From positions 1-64,000 of the forward strand of contig ADNK01002424.1 in the NCBI GenBank assembly GCA_000320545.1: a stretch of DNA of 64,000 bases, given 5' to 3'. The notes below the pieces were generated by a model. The model worked only from the letters and a program-made list of their open reading frames with translations, had not been told where the DNA came from and searched no databases. Made by a program: the position numbers and the translations under genes. The first letter of the stretch is position 1; every line of letters starts with the position of its first letter. This document shows, piece after piece, positions 13,019-26,184 of this stretch. Source of the stretch: Bigelowiella natans CCMP2755. Its lineage: Eukaryota; Protista; Cercozoa.

Positions 13019-13722
13019 TACAGGTTTTAAAGATGGATATTGACGGGTATGATTGCCAGAACATTCGAGTTCTTCTATCGGGGAAGGTGCCAAGACAGAC
13101 AGCACACAAAGAGAGATCATCATCAAAATGATTTTCTTATTGTAAATACAACCTGTCTATATTATTCTTTCCTTGATCTTATCATTTTTTTTTTCCCCCT
13201 TGTTGTTGAATTATATATGATATTAGGACGCACTGAAGCCAAAAGTTGTATTTATGGAGGTTTGGGAGGATTATCCCCCCCCTGTTGAGTTCTCTGTTCT
13301 CTACCATAAAGGGTGAGAGATTGTACAACTGTTGCCATATTACTTCTTAGCATAATACCACCACATCAGATATATGAGAGTGCTGTGGTGTAAGGTATAT
13401 CTGGGGGGCGAATGGTCATGCTGTATCGGGCTTTGCTGGATGCTCTCTTGGATATGCAGAGCAAATGCTTAAAGAGTTTGGATTTCACCTTTTATTTTAC
13501 GTGAGTAGTAAACGCAGTATGATCTAATGCTGAAACACATTCAATAATACTAGATGTTTCTGTTCAGTACTACAATAACGCAGTATTCGTCCATAGCTCT
13601 ATCTCTCATTTATTTCAAGGACAGGTACAATATAAATCCTGAAGCCCTAACGATGTATGGTTCTTTCATGAGATGTATACTTGTGTATTGTAGCTTCTAT
13701 TTCCTCTATTTTCCATAGCATT

Positions 13723-13784
<62 letters not shown>

Positions 13785-13966
13785 TCCTTGTCGTTCCAGA
13801 TCCCAGTTGATAGCGCAAGAATGTATCGTGAAAATAAGCCTTCCTTCCAGAATGCAGCTTTCAAAAGAATGAACAACAAATGGGTAATGACAGCAGGAAA
13901 GTTTGAATTAGCGGGAGATACGTACCATGGAAAGAAATAAATAAGAATGGAGTATTAATATCCAAC

Positions 13967-14011
<45 letters not shown>

Positions 14012-14515
14012 ATTGTTAATACATCATCAGGTTCAGGAAAAAGATATGTGTAAGCTCTATGATTCCGTGCTTTGCTATGTGATGAAGGAACGTACGAAAG
14101 CGACATATCATCAGGATCCTAAGGCATTGTTTGCTTCTCATCACCGTCACTACGCCACATATTGGATTGCTTTCGTCGAGTTATTACTTAAAAGAGAAAA
14201 TATTCTTCCTATTTCATTAATCCATGTAAATGATGATGCCATCATTCACAGCATTAACTTTTTAAAACATTTGAAAGTTCTTTAGCAGCTGCTACTTCTA
14301 CTTTTACTATGTTATAAAACTTCGAGAACAATGGTAATACTATAGATGATCTATTACAGGTACCTTTTCGATTCCGTGTTGGAGGGTGCGACAAGAATTT
14401 ACAAGACAAAAACGCGAGTGCGGAATATCGTGTGATTCACGCAGCGGATACAGCTGAGATGTTCGGCGACTGGGAAGGCTCGGATTGGATCACGCCACCA
14501 AGTTGCCATCTTTAA
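11800..14515 (+). CDS. Type II membrane protein with an FkbM/Methyltransf_21-like SAM methyltransferase domain
   Basis: TM helix (ITIVVGCFVLLMGLIAL), then spliced exons AVGIGVATGTDDPTW..W-GVAVEG, VLKMDIDGYDC, LKPKVVFMEVWEDYPPPVEFSVLY, GFAGCSLGY and YNNAVFVH. This is the motif order of protist FkbM-like methyltransferases. Confidence 0.8.
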
Positions 14516-14699
14516 TTAGAGAACTATCGAAGCGTGTATCAATACTCATCGATATATAGATGTTGTTGTGTAGCAATGAATGGACTCCTGTCCCTAACAG
14601 AAAATTGAAACTACAGGCTACATCGAGTACTGATATTCTTCACATTCTAGATGCTATATGGATGCAGAGAGCTCTGGTGCTACTTTAATACTATTGCTA

Positions 14700-16260
14700 G
14701 CCTGCTAATTTGCGCTCGATCTAAGCGCTTTCGATGCATCTGGCTGTGACTTCTACTAGTTTTCCTAGTGTTGATGATCTTTATTAACGTACTCCCATTA
14801 ACCCCCCCCCCCCTTTTTTTGGCTACCTAGGCCGGCTACTAGCTAGCCTAGACTAGTAGAGCCTGCCAGCAATGAAATGTGTCTATCTGTAATTTGCATT
14901 ACATTTTCCATGGTTGCACTCTAGCACGGCACATGCATGCTAGCATGCCGTAGTGAGAGACGGTAGTGATTAAATCTTTTCATTGAACAATTCTAATGTA
15001 GCGATTGAAGTTGTTGCAATGCAGATGGCGGCTGTGCAAAGCTTGCAGAGCTAGATCAATGTGCCAAACAACGGGGCTGGAGGAGGCTCGAGTTTCGAGA
15101 AATTTTGCAACAAACGAGAAGATGTGCATCTCAACGTTACGTGGATCTGGAAGTAATGAACAATAGACAATGCTAGAATGACAACAAACTGAATTTTCAA
15201 AATGTCACAAAACATTTGCAGTGCACGAAACGCGCAGCTGCCTCGAACTAGCTTTCCAGCTTTCTAGCTTTGGCAGGAATGATCAGCATGGCAGCAACAT
15301 GGAGACGATGTTGAGCAGTTCTAGAGTTGTGTGGTGCACAGTCGCTTGCTCTTGTTAGATCTAGAAATTTTCCAAAGACTGCAAACAATGAAACGCTGAT
15401 GATGCGGCGCCATGTAGCCAGCTACATTTTCATTTCCGAAATGTCGCACGTTGTTGGAATTGGAATGTTTGAATTGCCAAGGTCGCAAGAGCACATTTGC
15501 AGTGCACGAAACCCAATGCCTCGACCTAGCTTTGGTGAGATCTAGCTGGTGAAACCAGCAGGATTTGAAATTGGTGGTCCAGGCCATTGTGGAACAATGA
15601 TGATGTCTAGATGTGTGCAACTGCAGCAGCGAAGCAAACATGCATGCTAGCATGGCGGCGACACAAAGTCTGGAAAATGTCTGCTCCAAGCACAGCTAGA
15701 CAGACTGAGCTTGCAAGCGAGACGCACTAGTGCGCATTGTGCGTGTGTTTGTGCACAGAAACATTGTTGCCAACTGAGTTGTATAGTTGTGCCCACGTCC
15801 AGCATTGCTAGTTTGATCACATTCACTGTCTTTAGGTCTCTCTGGGACCTGCTAGCTCCAGAGCCAGAAACACAACCGGAGCAGTGTCACTTAGCAGTGC
15901 GGTCGTGCACGTTCTAGACGTTGCACTCGACCAGTCTGGGAGCGAAGCTGTTCAAGGTTTGAACTTTCCACTTGGCTGGTTCCAGAGATGGAAACAGCCG
16001 CATCGGATGGTGTTTTGATCATCACCAAATCAACGAAAGTGTGCAGTTCACCAATGTGTGCTGGAAGAACAATTCTCTGGAGAAGATGCAAAAAAACAAA
16101 TGCATGCTTCCACGCAAGGGCCTCACCACTGCAACACATCAGGCGCAAAGAGCAGCAAGCAAAATGGGGCTTACCAATTTATTAACAATTGTCAAACAAA
16201 CGTTGAATTGGCACTGAAATGCATTTTTCCTTGAGTGTGCGACATCGTCATGCAATCAAT
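14700..16260. other. TpA-depleted / CTAG-retaining intergenic island between convergent genes
   Basis: Most surviving TA are in CTAG. An internal repeat acatttgcagtgcacgaaac occurs at ~15212 and ~15493. Confidence 0.9.
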
Positions 16261-16291
16261 ATGTGTCACTTCAAACATTGCATTATTGCAT

Positions 16292-17705
16292 TCACTGATA
16301 TCGTGGGGTTGTTGGATCGGCTCTTGGAGACCGAGACGGTGGCGGGCTTATGGTTCCTTTCCTCAAATCCATCATGACCTCTGGAGACGTGTATGCCCCA
16401 AATCCAACAATGAAGATCAAAACTAAACCGACAAACGCCCCAAACATTCGAACATTGGACCCATCGCGATCACCAGCAGATATTAATTCTTGAAACAACT
16501 TTGAATTCGGATCCAATTTTTCAAAGCAAGTGGAATCATCCTGTAAGTGCGATCTGGAGGAAATTTCAGAACGAAAACAGCATAATCTGGATTGCTCGTG
16601 CCAATTATATCCAACACACTCAGAATTTTCATTGCATTTAAAAGAACATAGTCCTAAGGCATCAGTCGCCAACAGGTCCGTGTCAAGCTCCCAGCAATCA
16701 GGATGATAAGGAACTGCTTTACCAAAGTCCTCTATCTCCTGATAAATGAAACCTGTTCCTGAACACGATGTATTTCGCCACATTTGAAGCTTGATGGGAC
16801 AGTGGCGAAGAAAACAAGTTTCCTCCATTGTTAATTCTCCACATGGTTGCCCATCGTTCTTTGGATGGACTAATATTGACCGCGTTCGTGTAATAACGCC
16901 TTCTCCACAAGTAGAGGAACATTCAGATTCTTCCCAGGGCGAGAGTTGACAATCTACAGGACACTCTGGAACATCGCATTTTACTCTCTCAGCTAAATGT
17001 GGCTTAATTGCTCCGGGATATGTGGCATTGCGAATGATCTGCCTTGTACGAATTCTTACGCTGTCCTCTCCGCATTCCTTATTGCATTCTCCATCAACCC
17101 AAGGTCCAACTTCATATTCCAAGGGACATTCGAGTTTATTTCTACAGGGAACCACATCAGAGGCTCCATCTTCAAAGTCACAAAGGTCACCACCATAGGA
17201 GGACGGCGTAGTCACACGAAATGTTCTTCTTTGTATACCGCATCCGCATGTAGTGCTACATTCACCATAATCACTCCACTCCCCAACACAATTAACCGGC
17301 TGATATTTATAGACCAAAACAATTGCCAATTAGTTACAAATTTTAGATGAAGGACTTGTTAAAAAAACTCAGTACCTTATTGATGCACGTCTGAGAATCG
17401 TCTTTGAGAGTCATTCCATCGGGACAAGAGCAGGTATATCCCCCACAAAAATTGTTACAAAAGTGGCTACATAGAGCATATTCGAAGCACTCGTTAATAT
17501 CTCTACAGCTATGACCATCCGGATTCAATGTGAATCCTTCCTCACACACTCCATTTTGAGATTCTCGAGATTTTTCGACGCAAGATCTAGGTGAAGAGTC
17601 TGGTGTACTTATTCTGGAATCCTCGAAGAAGGAATCGTTTGGCGAAACTATGAGAGCATCTTTGAACATTACAGATAATGTGATAAGCCGCAAGACCACT
17701 TGCAT
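16292..17705 (-). CDS. Type I membrane adhesin-like protein: EGF/EGF-Ca + 3 thrombospondin type-1 repeats + PAN/apple-like domain + TM
   Basis: CRDINEC...YTCSCPDG (EGF-Ca). A 76-nt intron (17300-17375) joins in frame to WSDYGECSTTCGCGIQRRT, WVDGECNKECG and WEESECSSTCGEGVITRTR (TSP1), CSFKCNENSECVGYNW (PAN-like) and FGAFVGLVLIFIVGFGAY (TM). Confidence 0.88.
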
Positions 17706-18496
17706 TGTTACTGATTTTTTCATTACAAAACAAATTGAAACTTTAGCGAGGTGATCTAGATACAAGAGCTTTCGTCTGTTGGTCGTATCAAGGTGACGCG
17801 ATTGCGGTGTGAGTTTTGGGTCGTTGTGGAAACGGATACCCGTCTCTGGGATATAAGATGTAAAGTGTAAACCCTTATTGGGGCCAATAACAACGCTGCA
17901 TGCAACATATTCCATGTCGCTCACAAATAGTGGCGCCCTTTTTTAGAGTGGCTGAATATGAAAATTTCTTTTTTAATCTAAATTAAAATGAATGTGCGAA
18001 ATTGGCAAATGTATGGGAAAATCTATGTCTCCGGATAAAATTGGCTTGTAATCCTCGATAACATTGAGTTTTTCTTTGTATCGTTGCCCCTAAATTGACT
18101 GCTTTTACGTTAAAGCTGAGAAGATAACCAGCTTTTTGGAGACAGCACAACTAGTTTCAACTTTTATTGTTCGGTAATAATTCCATACAACCAACCAACC
18201 AACAACGTGTTGTTGTTTTCTGCTGCACAGCTGAAACATGCATGAAAAATCAATCTGATAATTGTCTGGGACTCACAATTTCCCTTGACGTTATAATTTA
18301 ATGTCGAGAAAGCCGATTTTTTTTGTTGCGGCATAAGTTTCATTCGGGGATTTCGTAGATACGACATGCAAGTTGCTGCTATTTTGGTACATTTTTGAGA
18401 GAAGATACGCAACACAAAGCGCCGTTCTCCGAAATATGAAACATTCATAATCCAAGCAATCAACACTGGTGACGATCTATCTACTGAAAATAGATC

Positions 18497-19339
18497 ATGT
18501 ATGGGACAGACCCCTTCTGCAGAATATGTATTACTCTTACAAGTCAAAACGTGTAAGAAGTAACCATAACGATCAAGTATTGACTACAGGTTTTAATGGG
18601 GGAGATGCACTTTTAAAAGATGCATGTTCGTGTCAAGGCAGCATCAAGTGGGTACTGTAAAAAATGGTTTGTGGGAAGAAGCCTGTGTCATCAATGGAGA
18701 AATTAATGAAAGGTTCATCAGCATTGCCTCCAAAAGTGGATTAATTTCAGAAGAGAAGATACTTGCGAGATATGTAATTTTGCAATTTACAACAATGATG
18801 CAGCACAAATGACTTGATTTAAATACATCACTTGCAGGTCATACCAAGTATCGGAATGTAAAACTTTGTATCCCTAGAAATGAATCCAGAAGGAAGAATC
18901 GACAGAGGATCGATTCATGCATTCGGACGCGTAAGAACCGTAAATTTCGCTTCTCCATGACATAAGATTATTTCATTCTCAGAGATAGTGAGGAAGACGT
19001 TGGCTTCAATCACGCTACACACGGCTCTGATGACCATTTGCTGCATAATGACTATATTATTTGAAATGAAGAACAGCCGAAGGTACAAAGATAATATGAG
19101 TTTAAAATACATCATTCTCAACAAGTATATGTATTCTCAGAGGCTTAGTTTATGTGCTGAATAAAATACCTGGAAATGGCTTAATTATTGCATTGTCCGT
19201 GATTCTGGGCATGAACATAGTGGATATATTGAAGGTTAACTATCTTATAGGTTTAATACCGTGACTGTTTCCATACGTTTTTTTCTCATTACCTGCATCT
19301 TACTCATAGGTGCTAGTGAATCATTCCAATGCAAGCTAG
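18497..19339 (+). CDS. RING-CH (RINGv, MARCH-family) membrane E3 ubiquitin ligase
   Basis: Spliced exons give PFCRICFNGGDALLKDACSCQGSIKWVHQHCLQKWINFRREDTCEICHTKY (C4HC3 RING-CH) followed by two hydrophobic helices. Ends are approximate. Confidence 0.88.
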
Positions 19340-19380
19340 CAACCTGGTGCTAGTGAATCATTCCAACACAAGTTAGCAAC
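19309..19380. repeat. Tandem duplication, period 37 bp, at the MARCH 3' end
   Basis: ggtgctagtgaatcattccaaTGcaagCtagcaac versus ggtgctagtgaatcattccaaCAcaagTtagcaac. Confidence 0.9.
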
Positions 19381-20169
19381 TACTACTTTTAGCAATTAAC
19401 ATTTGCACTGCTTACTAATGAACATCAAATATTGTATTCAGTGCAAAACAAACAATCACTAGTCCATAATTATGTTGAAGTCTTCAACAGTGCAAGCAGC
19501 GGACGTTACTGTGACTTTGAGTGTTGGAGTTCCATAAATTTTAATAAATCAATGATTTTTGACTAACATTATTTCGATCCAATCGATGCATGCTAATCAC
19601 ATGTGGCGTTCGCAAAATTTAGTCCGCAAAATCTGAGGGCGCTAATGTGCTGTTAGATTGTAACTCAAATAATTTGTAGTTTTAGCGCCCATGTTTTTTT
19701 TGCTCAACACAACTATACGTGTGCTACATACGCAACCACAAACACGCATAATGCTTATCAACGTCGCACATGTGAACTGTACTGCTTCAATATTGCTGGA
19801 AAAATAATCTATGTTCCAATGAAGTGTCTTTATTTTGGGGAAATGAATGCTAAAACGCTCATGCACATGTGTAAGACTAGACAAATTTGAGAGCAACTTA
19901 TTATGCGAGGTGAGCTAGCGCTTGCTAGTTTGCTTGGGAAACTTCATGCGACATATAGATATATTGAGCGTCGTTGATTTATTGCATCTAGATATGCCTG
20001 ATATCCCTTTAATGAAGGAACAAAACCGAAAGCGGTACCTGCATGTTCCGATATACCGCAAAAATTCGTGTAACAATCCTTTCTCTTATTATTTACTGCT
20101 CCGCCTGTTTTTCTTTATCATTGCTACCAATTCAACTACAGCAGATTCTATCCCATTAAAATCTGTTTA

Positions 20170-20332
20170 TTGAACAAAAAGAAGCAACATAACCACAGAG
20201 AATAGAAGAGTGAAGAGTGAAGAGGTAAGAGAGAGAAGGGGGGGAGACATATCCTCAGACAAAAACACATTATCGTCGATTGCATTATCAACATCCTCAT
20301 CAATTGTAAGATAAATACTTAACACGCGTACG

Positions 20333-20374
<42 letters not shown>

Positions 20375-23300
20375 TAGTAAAGAGACAAATAGAAGAAGAG
20401 ACAGAAATAGAATCTGTGTGGGTAAAGATAACAAAGAATAATAATAATAGAAATTTTAAACGAATTGACGTTCAAACAAACATAATTCAAATATTTGTAT
20501 GACTTGCTGCGCTGATTATTTCATTGCAATTTCGGGTGCACTTTCGCTGGAAGGCTTCTGTTAACATAATTCTGAGATAGAAAGCAGAAAGGAGTTTAGC
20601 TTGAAGTAGATCAAATACATACTATCTACATGCACTCGATATAAAACAATGTGCCTGTCATATATTAAGTTGAGGGGTAGGTTATCTGTTTAGAACTAAT
20701 CTAGTGAAACGTGAAAAAATAATACAATGTATTAATTTGTAGGCATAGAGACTGTTGCATGCCGACACCTGAGCGATGATGCTATTGTTTGAATAATAAT
20801 TTTCAACTTGTTCCCTTTGTCAAGATCATTCTCGTACTTCTGGTTACAAATGTCCTTGCTAGCGTGCACGTCGAACGTTTTCTTTAAATCTACACATTCA
20901 TTGAATGAAATGGAAGATCAAAGATAATTACTTGTAATCTCCTCTCCACATTAGCATGAGAAGATATAGTAAAGTATCAGTAGCATCGATGCTAATGAAT
21001 GATATTTCATAAGTGGGAACGTTGATAGTTTAGTTTTATGAAAAAGGAACTATATTGAAGGTATTATATTTGCAAGGAGGATTCATCATCATTATAATCA
21101 TTGCCGCCATCATCATCAACATTAGTATCATCATCATCTTCTCCATGTCTCTTCCACAATTGTTGGTCATCTATTACATATAGCACGGCCTATTTCCATG
21201 TAAGATACTCTTTCACCTAGACATTGAACAAAATGACAATAAGCAGTAAAAGATAAGTATGGTCCTTCTTTTAATAGTCGTTGTCCTTAATACGCAGTGT
21301 ATAATATTGTGGTTGATTTATTCCCTTCTTCTCGTCGTAACGAGTAGTTCTGCAATCTGCCTATCTGTTTATGATATGATATATGCAGTGGCTCTTCATG
21401 AAATTGAGGATAATGCGCTTCTCCTCCTCCCCTCTCCTCCTCTTCCCTGTTTTTGTGGTGTAAAACTTATCTCATCGCTATTCAAACACATAATTACCCC
21501 AAAAGGTCTGGTCACACCTAGTCAACCAATAGGAATGCAGCAGTAAGGAAGGATGCAAATACAGAATACGAAATAGATAAAGAGAAAGTGTTGCCTCAAC
21601 ATTGCAAGAGTAACACCATCAATTATGCTATATATAGTGAATAGACACCATAATTTTATAGTTCTTCGTACGACAACACATTTACATGTTAGCAACTTTG
21701 ATCCTTATCTCTACAATCTTTGTGTTTGACATTTTTAGCTACTATGGAAGCATTTCTTGTTACTTTTAGATTGATGTGTTGTGCTACGCTGAGCAGATAA
21801 CAAAGCATGGACTGCTATTTCTACTGCTGCTAGTTCTAGTACAACACCACACACATGGATTACCAAATGGGAAGAATTAGTTGGGGCTTGCAAGCCTTCA
21901 CTGCCTAAGAGACGAGAAATGTTTCGGAAGAAAGGGAAAACAAAATTATTTTTTTTCTAATATGTGGCCAATGTGTGCAATATATGTCCTAGATCTTGTG
22001 ACATTGGTGTGATATATATCATCTTCATGATGTTAAGTAAGCTACTCATCCTCATTTCCTTCGTCGGTATAATCATCTTGATCAGTACATCTAATATGAG
22101 CTTATATCATAGAAAACAAATGTATCTAATCCTCTTTATTAAAAAATTATTCATTGCCTGGCCTACTGTCTGAGCGCCTCCATGGTGCACAATGACATCA
22201 ACCCTTGTAGGAAGTTATACGTATCAATGAAATCTCACTATCAGTGGACTCAAAATCTAGCTCCAATTCAATGATTGCTACAATTGCTCGTGTGAACATC
22301 ATATCTAGGGTAGTTGTATTGCTCTTCTTGATGTGTATATCCTGTGTGATTAGTGGCGAGAACATAAATAGCTCGCTCACCTTTGAAACAACCAAGAATG
22401 CGAGATATATCCATGAAAGATGAGAGCTTCGTTCTTGCCGAATTGTTGTGATGTTCTCCAGCAATAGTCGGAATGACCAACATTGTTTGCTTTTGGGGTG
22501 GTCTTTCTCCTCTTAATCTTCCTAATTATCACCCATATGAATAGCTCAAAAAAAGTAGAACCACCATTGATTTACATCGTTAAATTGTTGCTGTTGGTAG
22601 AGCGAAAGAACAGCATAATTTGGGATTAAGCTTTGAAATAGAAGCACCTTCGTTTACTATCGTCGCCATCATCATCGTCTTTTATCCCATCATGCTCATC
22701 GATGCTATCAACCTCCGTGTCGTTCTCGTCATCGAATGAGAGATCATCAGGAAAATGTAATAGTAATAACAGCTTTTCTTCATCAGCCAATGACTTGCAA
22801 GCCATCGTCAATACGTTCTGTAAATGTTCAACATCATCATATGGCTTAACTATGATCTGTATCACCTCTCTTAACTAATGTATCGTGTTTTTGACGGTGC
22901 CTTCTTGTACTTCTGATTTCTATTACATTGTATTCGAACAATGCATCGTGGCATTAAATCATTGGGCAAATGAGAAATACTACTCACAGCTACTTTAAGG
23001 CATTCATATATTTCTGTCATCATCTTCTTCGATCTATTTGCTATTAAGAAAACGACAGCTGCAACACAGACGAAAACGGAATTTAATAAAGCAACACATT
23101 GCACCATGAATACCAAAATTTTTCTTGTCGTATTTTTCGCTAGTAGTGCCTGCAACATTTGAAACACCATAGGTAGGCATGGATCAGTGCATAAAAAACC
23201 AATAATGTTAACAGAAATGACGACGACGTTTACAATGATAATGATGGTGATAATGATGAAGAGAATGATTAGGATAAGAAGGAATTGTAGATATACAATG

Positions 23301-23997
23301 AATGCAATGGGGGCTCAAATACACATCAAACAGTTAATTGTGGTAAATAGAGTCGTTGCCTCAGCTCTATTTTTTCTTCATTTATTTCATTTCTTTTCCA
23401 TTTTTTTATCCTCATTGTTTCCATATTTTCCCTTTTCTCCCTTCATCTCTTCATCGTACTTACCATAGAGCCGAAGCACATATACACAATTTTCTTTCCA
23501 TTCCTTCGCCCAATTGAAATGCTAGCACTTAATTTGTTCTGTATGACAAGCAAGATGTAGTTTCACCATGATAAACGTGTGTAAAAAGAGCTCCAACTAT
23601 ATAGCATTGATTTGCAACGGTGCTAGCATTTTTATATAATGTCTTGGTTAAGTCACCCTTCTACCTCTTACTTATGTTTCTTTCCCTCATTTCTATCACA
23701 ACACCAGTCCGACTGATGGCCATTACTACTACTACTACTACTACTACTACTTGAAGTTGATCCTGCTCAGTGTTTTGATTCTTTTTATTGCAGATATCTT
23801 CCTTATTGTCACGATCATCATTGCTGCCTTCGTTGTTGTCGCGTTCTTTCTCGCAGTTAACACTGCTCTCTCTTTCTTCTTCATCCTCAGGAACAAGCCA
23901 GTATCTAAAGAGCAGCACGATTCATTATGGAAGAATGATGTTTGAGTAATGATAGAGACGGTTAGGATACACACGGACAAACATAACCTCAACCTAC

Positions 23998-24035
<38 letters not shown>

Positions 24036-24972
24036 TGTGTGTGTGTGTGTGTATCATATGTAGGTGGTTTGTGTTTATATTTGCTTGTGAAACAATAAGC
24101 AAGAAGAAGAGTATTATGACTCCTATATCGGCGTACGAGACTATCAGAAAAACATCACCATCCTATGATATAAAACCCACCCGCAGCAACGTATTCGACT
24201 TGGAGATATATATCCTTGAAAAATGATAAAATGATCATATATAATTCCATGAATCTAGCTCTATTTTCCTGTTGTTGCCGTGTTGAAGAAAAGAAATATA
24301 ATGCCAACAGTAACAATCAAAATATCTCTAATATGGATCACCAAAATGAACGGAAGACAGATACAAAAAAGGAAAGCTGGAAATTTAGGAAACAAAGTGG
24401 TGCTGATGATGCAGACTCCTAAAAACAGCAACAACAACAATAATAACTACAAAGACCTGGCAGAGTAAACATGGCCTCTGATATGCCGTACAAGACCTGA
24501 TTTAATCACAACAAATATGAAGCATTATGATAAAAATAATAGTAATAATAATGATAACATCAAACATATCATTCCCTAGGAGGAGGAGGAGGAGGAGGAG
24601 GAAGAAAGTTATGCAGCATGCATATGACCATTAGCAGACGTATACAGACTCTCATACACATGCATTGGCATTATAAATATGAAATAAATTTGGTATTTCT
24701 CTTCTTCCCAAATAGAATTATCACACTTTAGCACGCACCTTAGTTGTTGGAGGAGGAGGAGGAAGAGGAGGAAGAAAGGGAAGTGGACCAGATACTCGAT
24801 TTTCATATTGTTTTTTTTTTTGTTCTTGTTGGTGTTTTATTACTCGGGTTCTCCTCCTCACTTGTTTTATAACACCATGATGTAGGTCTTCCTCTTTGCG
24901 AATATAGGCTGCTGCAGCAGTAGCTATTGTTTTATGTCCCTTTCTGATTTTCTCTGTACATCGTCCCAACAC

Positions 24973-25006
<34 letters not shown>

Positions 25007-25456
25007 CGTAACGAAGACAATGGAAATGCTCCCAATCCTAATTCCTATCGATTGGTGGTGGTAGTAGAAGAAGGAAGCAATAGTAGCAGTTTGAGTCCAT
25101 ACAATATATCATATTTAAACTTCTCTCCTTTGTAATCATTCATAGTATTTCTTAGCCTATTGATGACGTCGCTGAAGATTCATCAGCTATATTGGTGGTG
25201 GTAGTAGTAGTAGTGGTGGTGGTAGTAGTGGTGGTGGTAGTAGTAGTAAGGATAATACCGATTGTCTTTAGTGTAAGAGGATTTTTATATACTAGATATG
25301 GTTTTAATAATAATGTAGCACTGATTTCACACTATATTATTGGTTATATTGCTTTTACTGCTTTTACTATTACCATGATAATCATTATCATAACATCAAC
25401 TTGCACATGACGACTGACTCAATATATCCACTACAACTCCCACATAATGACTCACT

Positions 25457-25497
<41 letters not shown>

Positions 25498-25925
25498 GAA
25501 ACAAACGCTTAAAACACACAACTATACACCAAATTAAGTTGATTTATCATAAACATCATAAGATAATTTACCAGCCTAAAAGCCTGATAGTGAGAACTCC
25601 AAAGCTACACGTTACGTATCAACCGACACCAGTAACGTTATCGAGCACAAGCACACACACAAACACACAAGTTTATTCTCCGTATCGTTTAAAAGGTTGT
25701 GATCTAACGCTACAGTACTCTACAATAGCACTAGTACTTACATAGTACCATCTCCTGCTCTCTTATCTCTCTCAATCAATATGACAATTGTAGTACTTAC
25801 TTACTCCAAGGTGTTACTACTATTAATTGATGATGTAAACAATGACTGCAACTACTAATTAATATTGTAACCAAATACTGCTGCGACTACTTACTACTAC
25901 CGGAACCATCCAATGTAATACTACT

Positions 25926-25958
<33 letters not shown>

Positions 25959-26149
25959 CGGAAGCATCCAATGTTCCAAATCGCTTGCATTTAGTCGAAT
26001 CAGCTTTTATGGTATATGCAATACAATGAGTAACATCTTAACCATTAACCATTTTTCTTCTGAGTCCAGCATATAGTAGTAGTGTTTTACTACTAGAATG
26101 AAAATATATCAGTAAGTATCATGATCATGATCATGATCTCATGATCATG

Positions 26150-26184
<35 letters not shown>

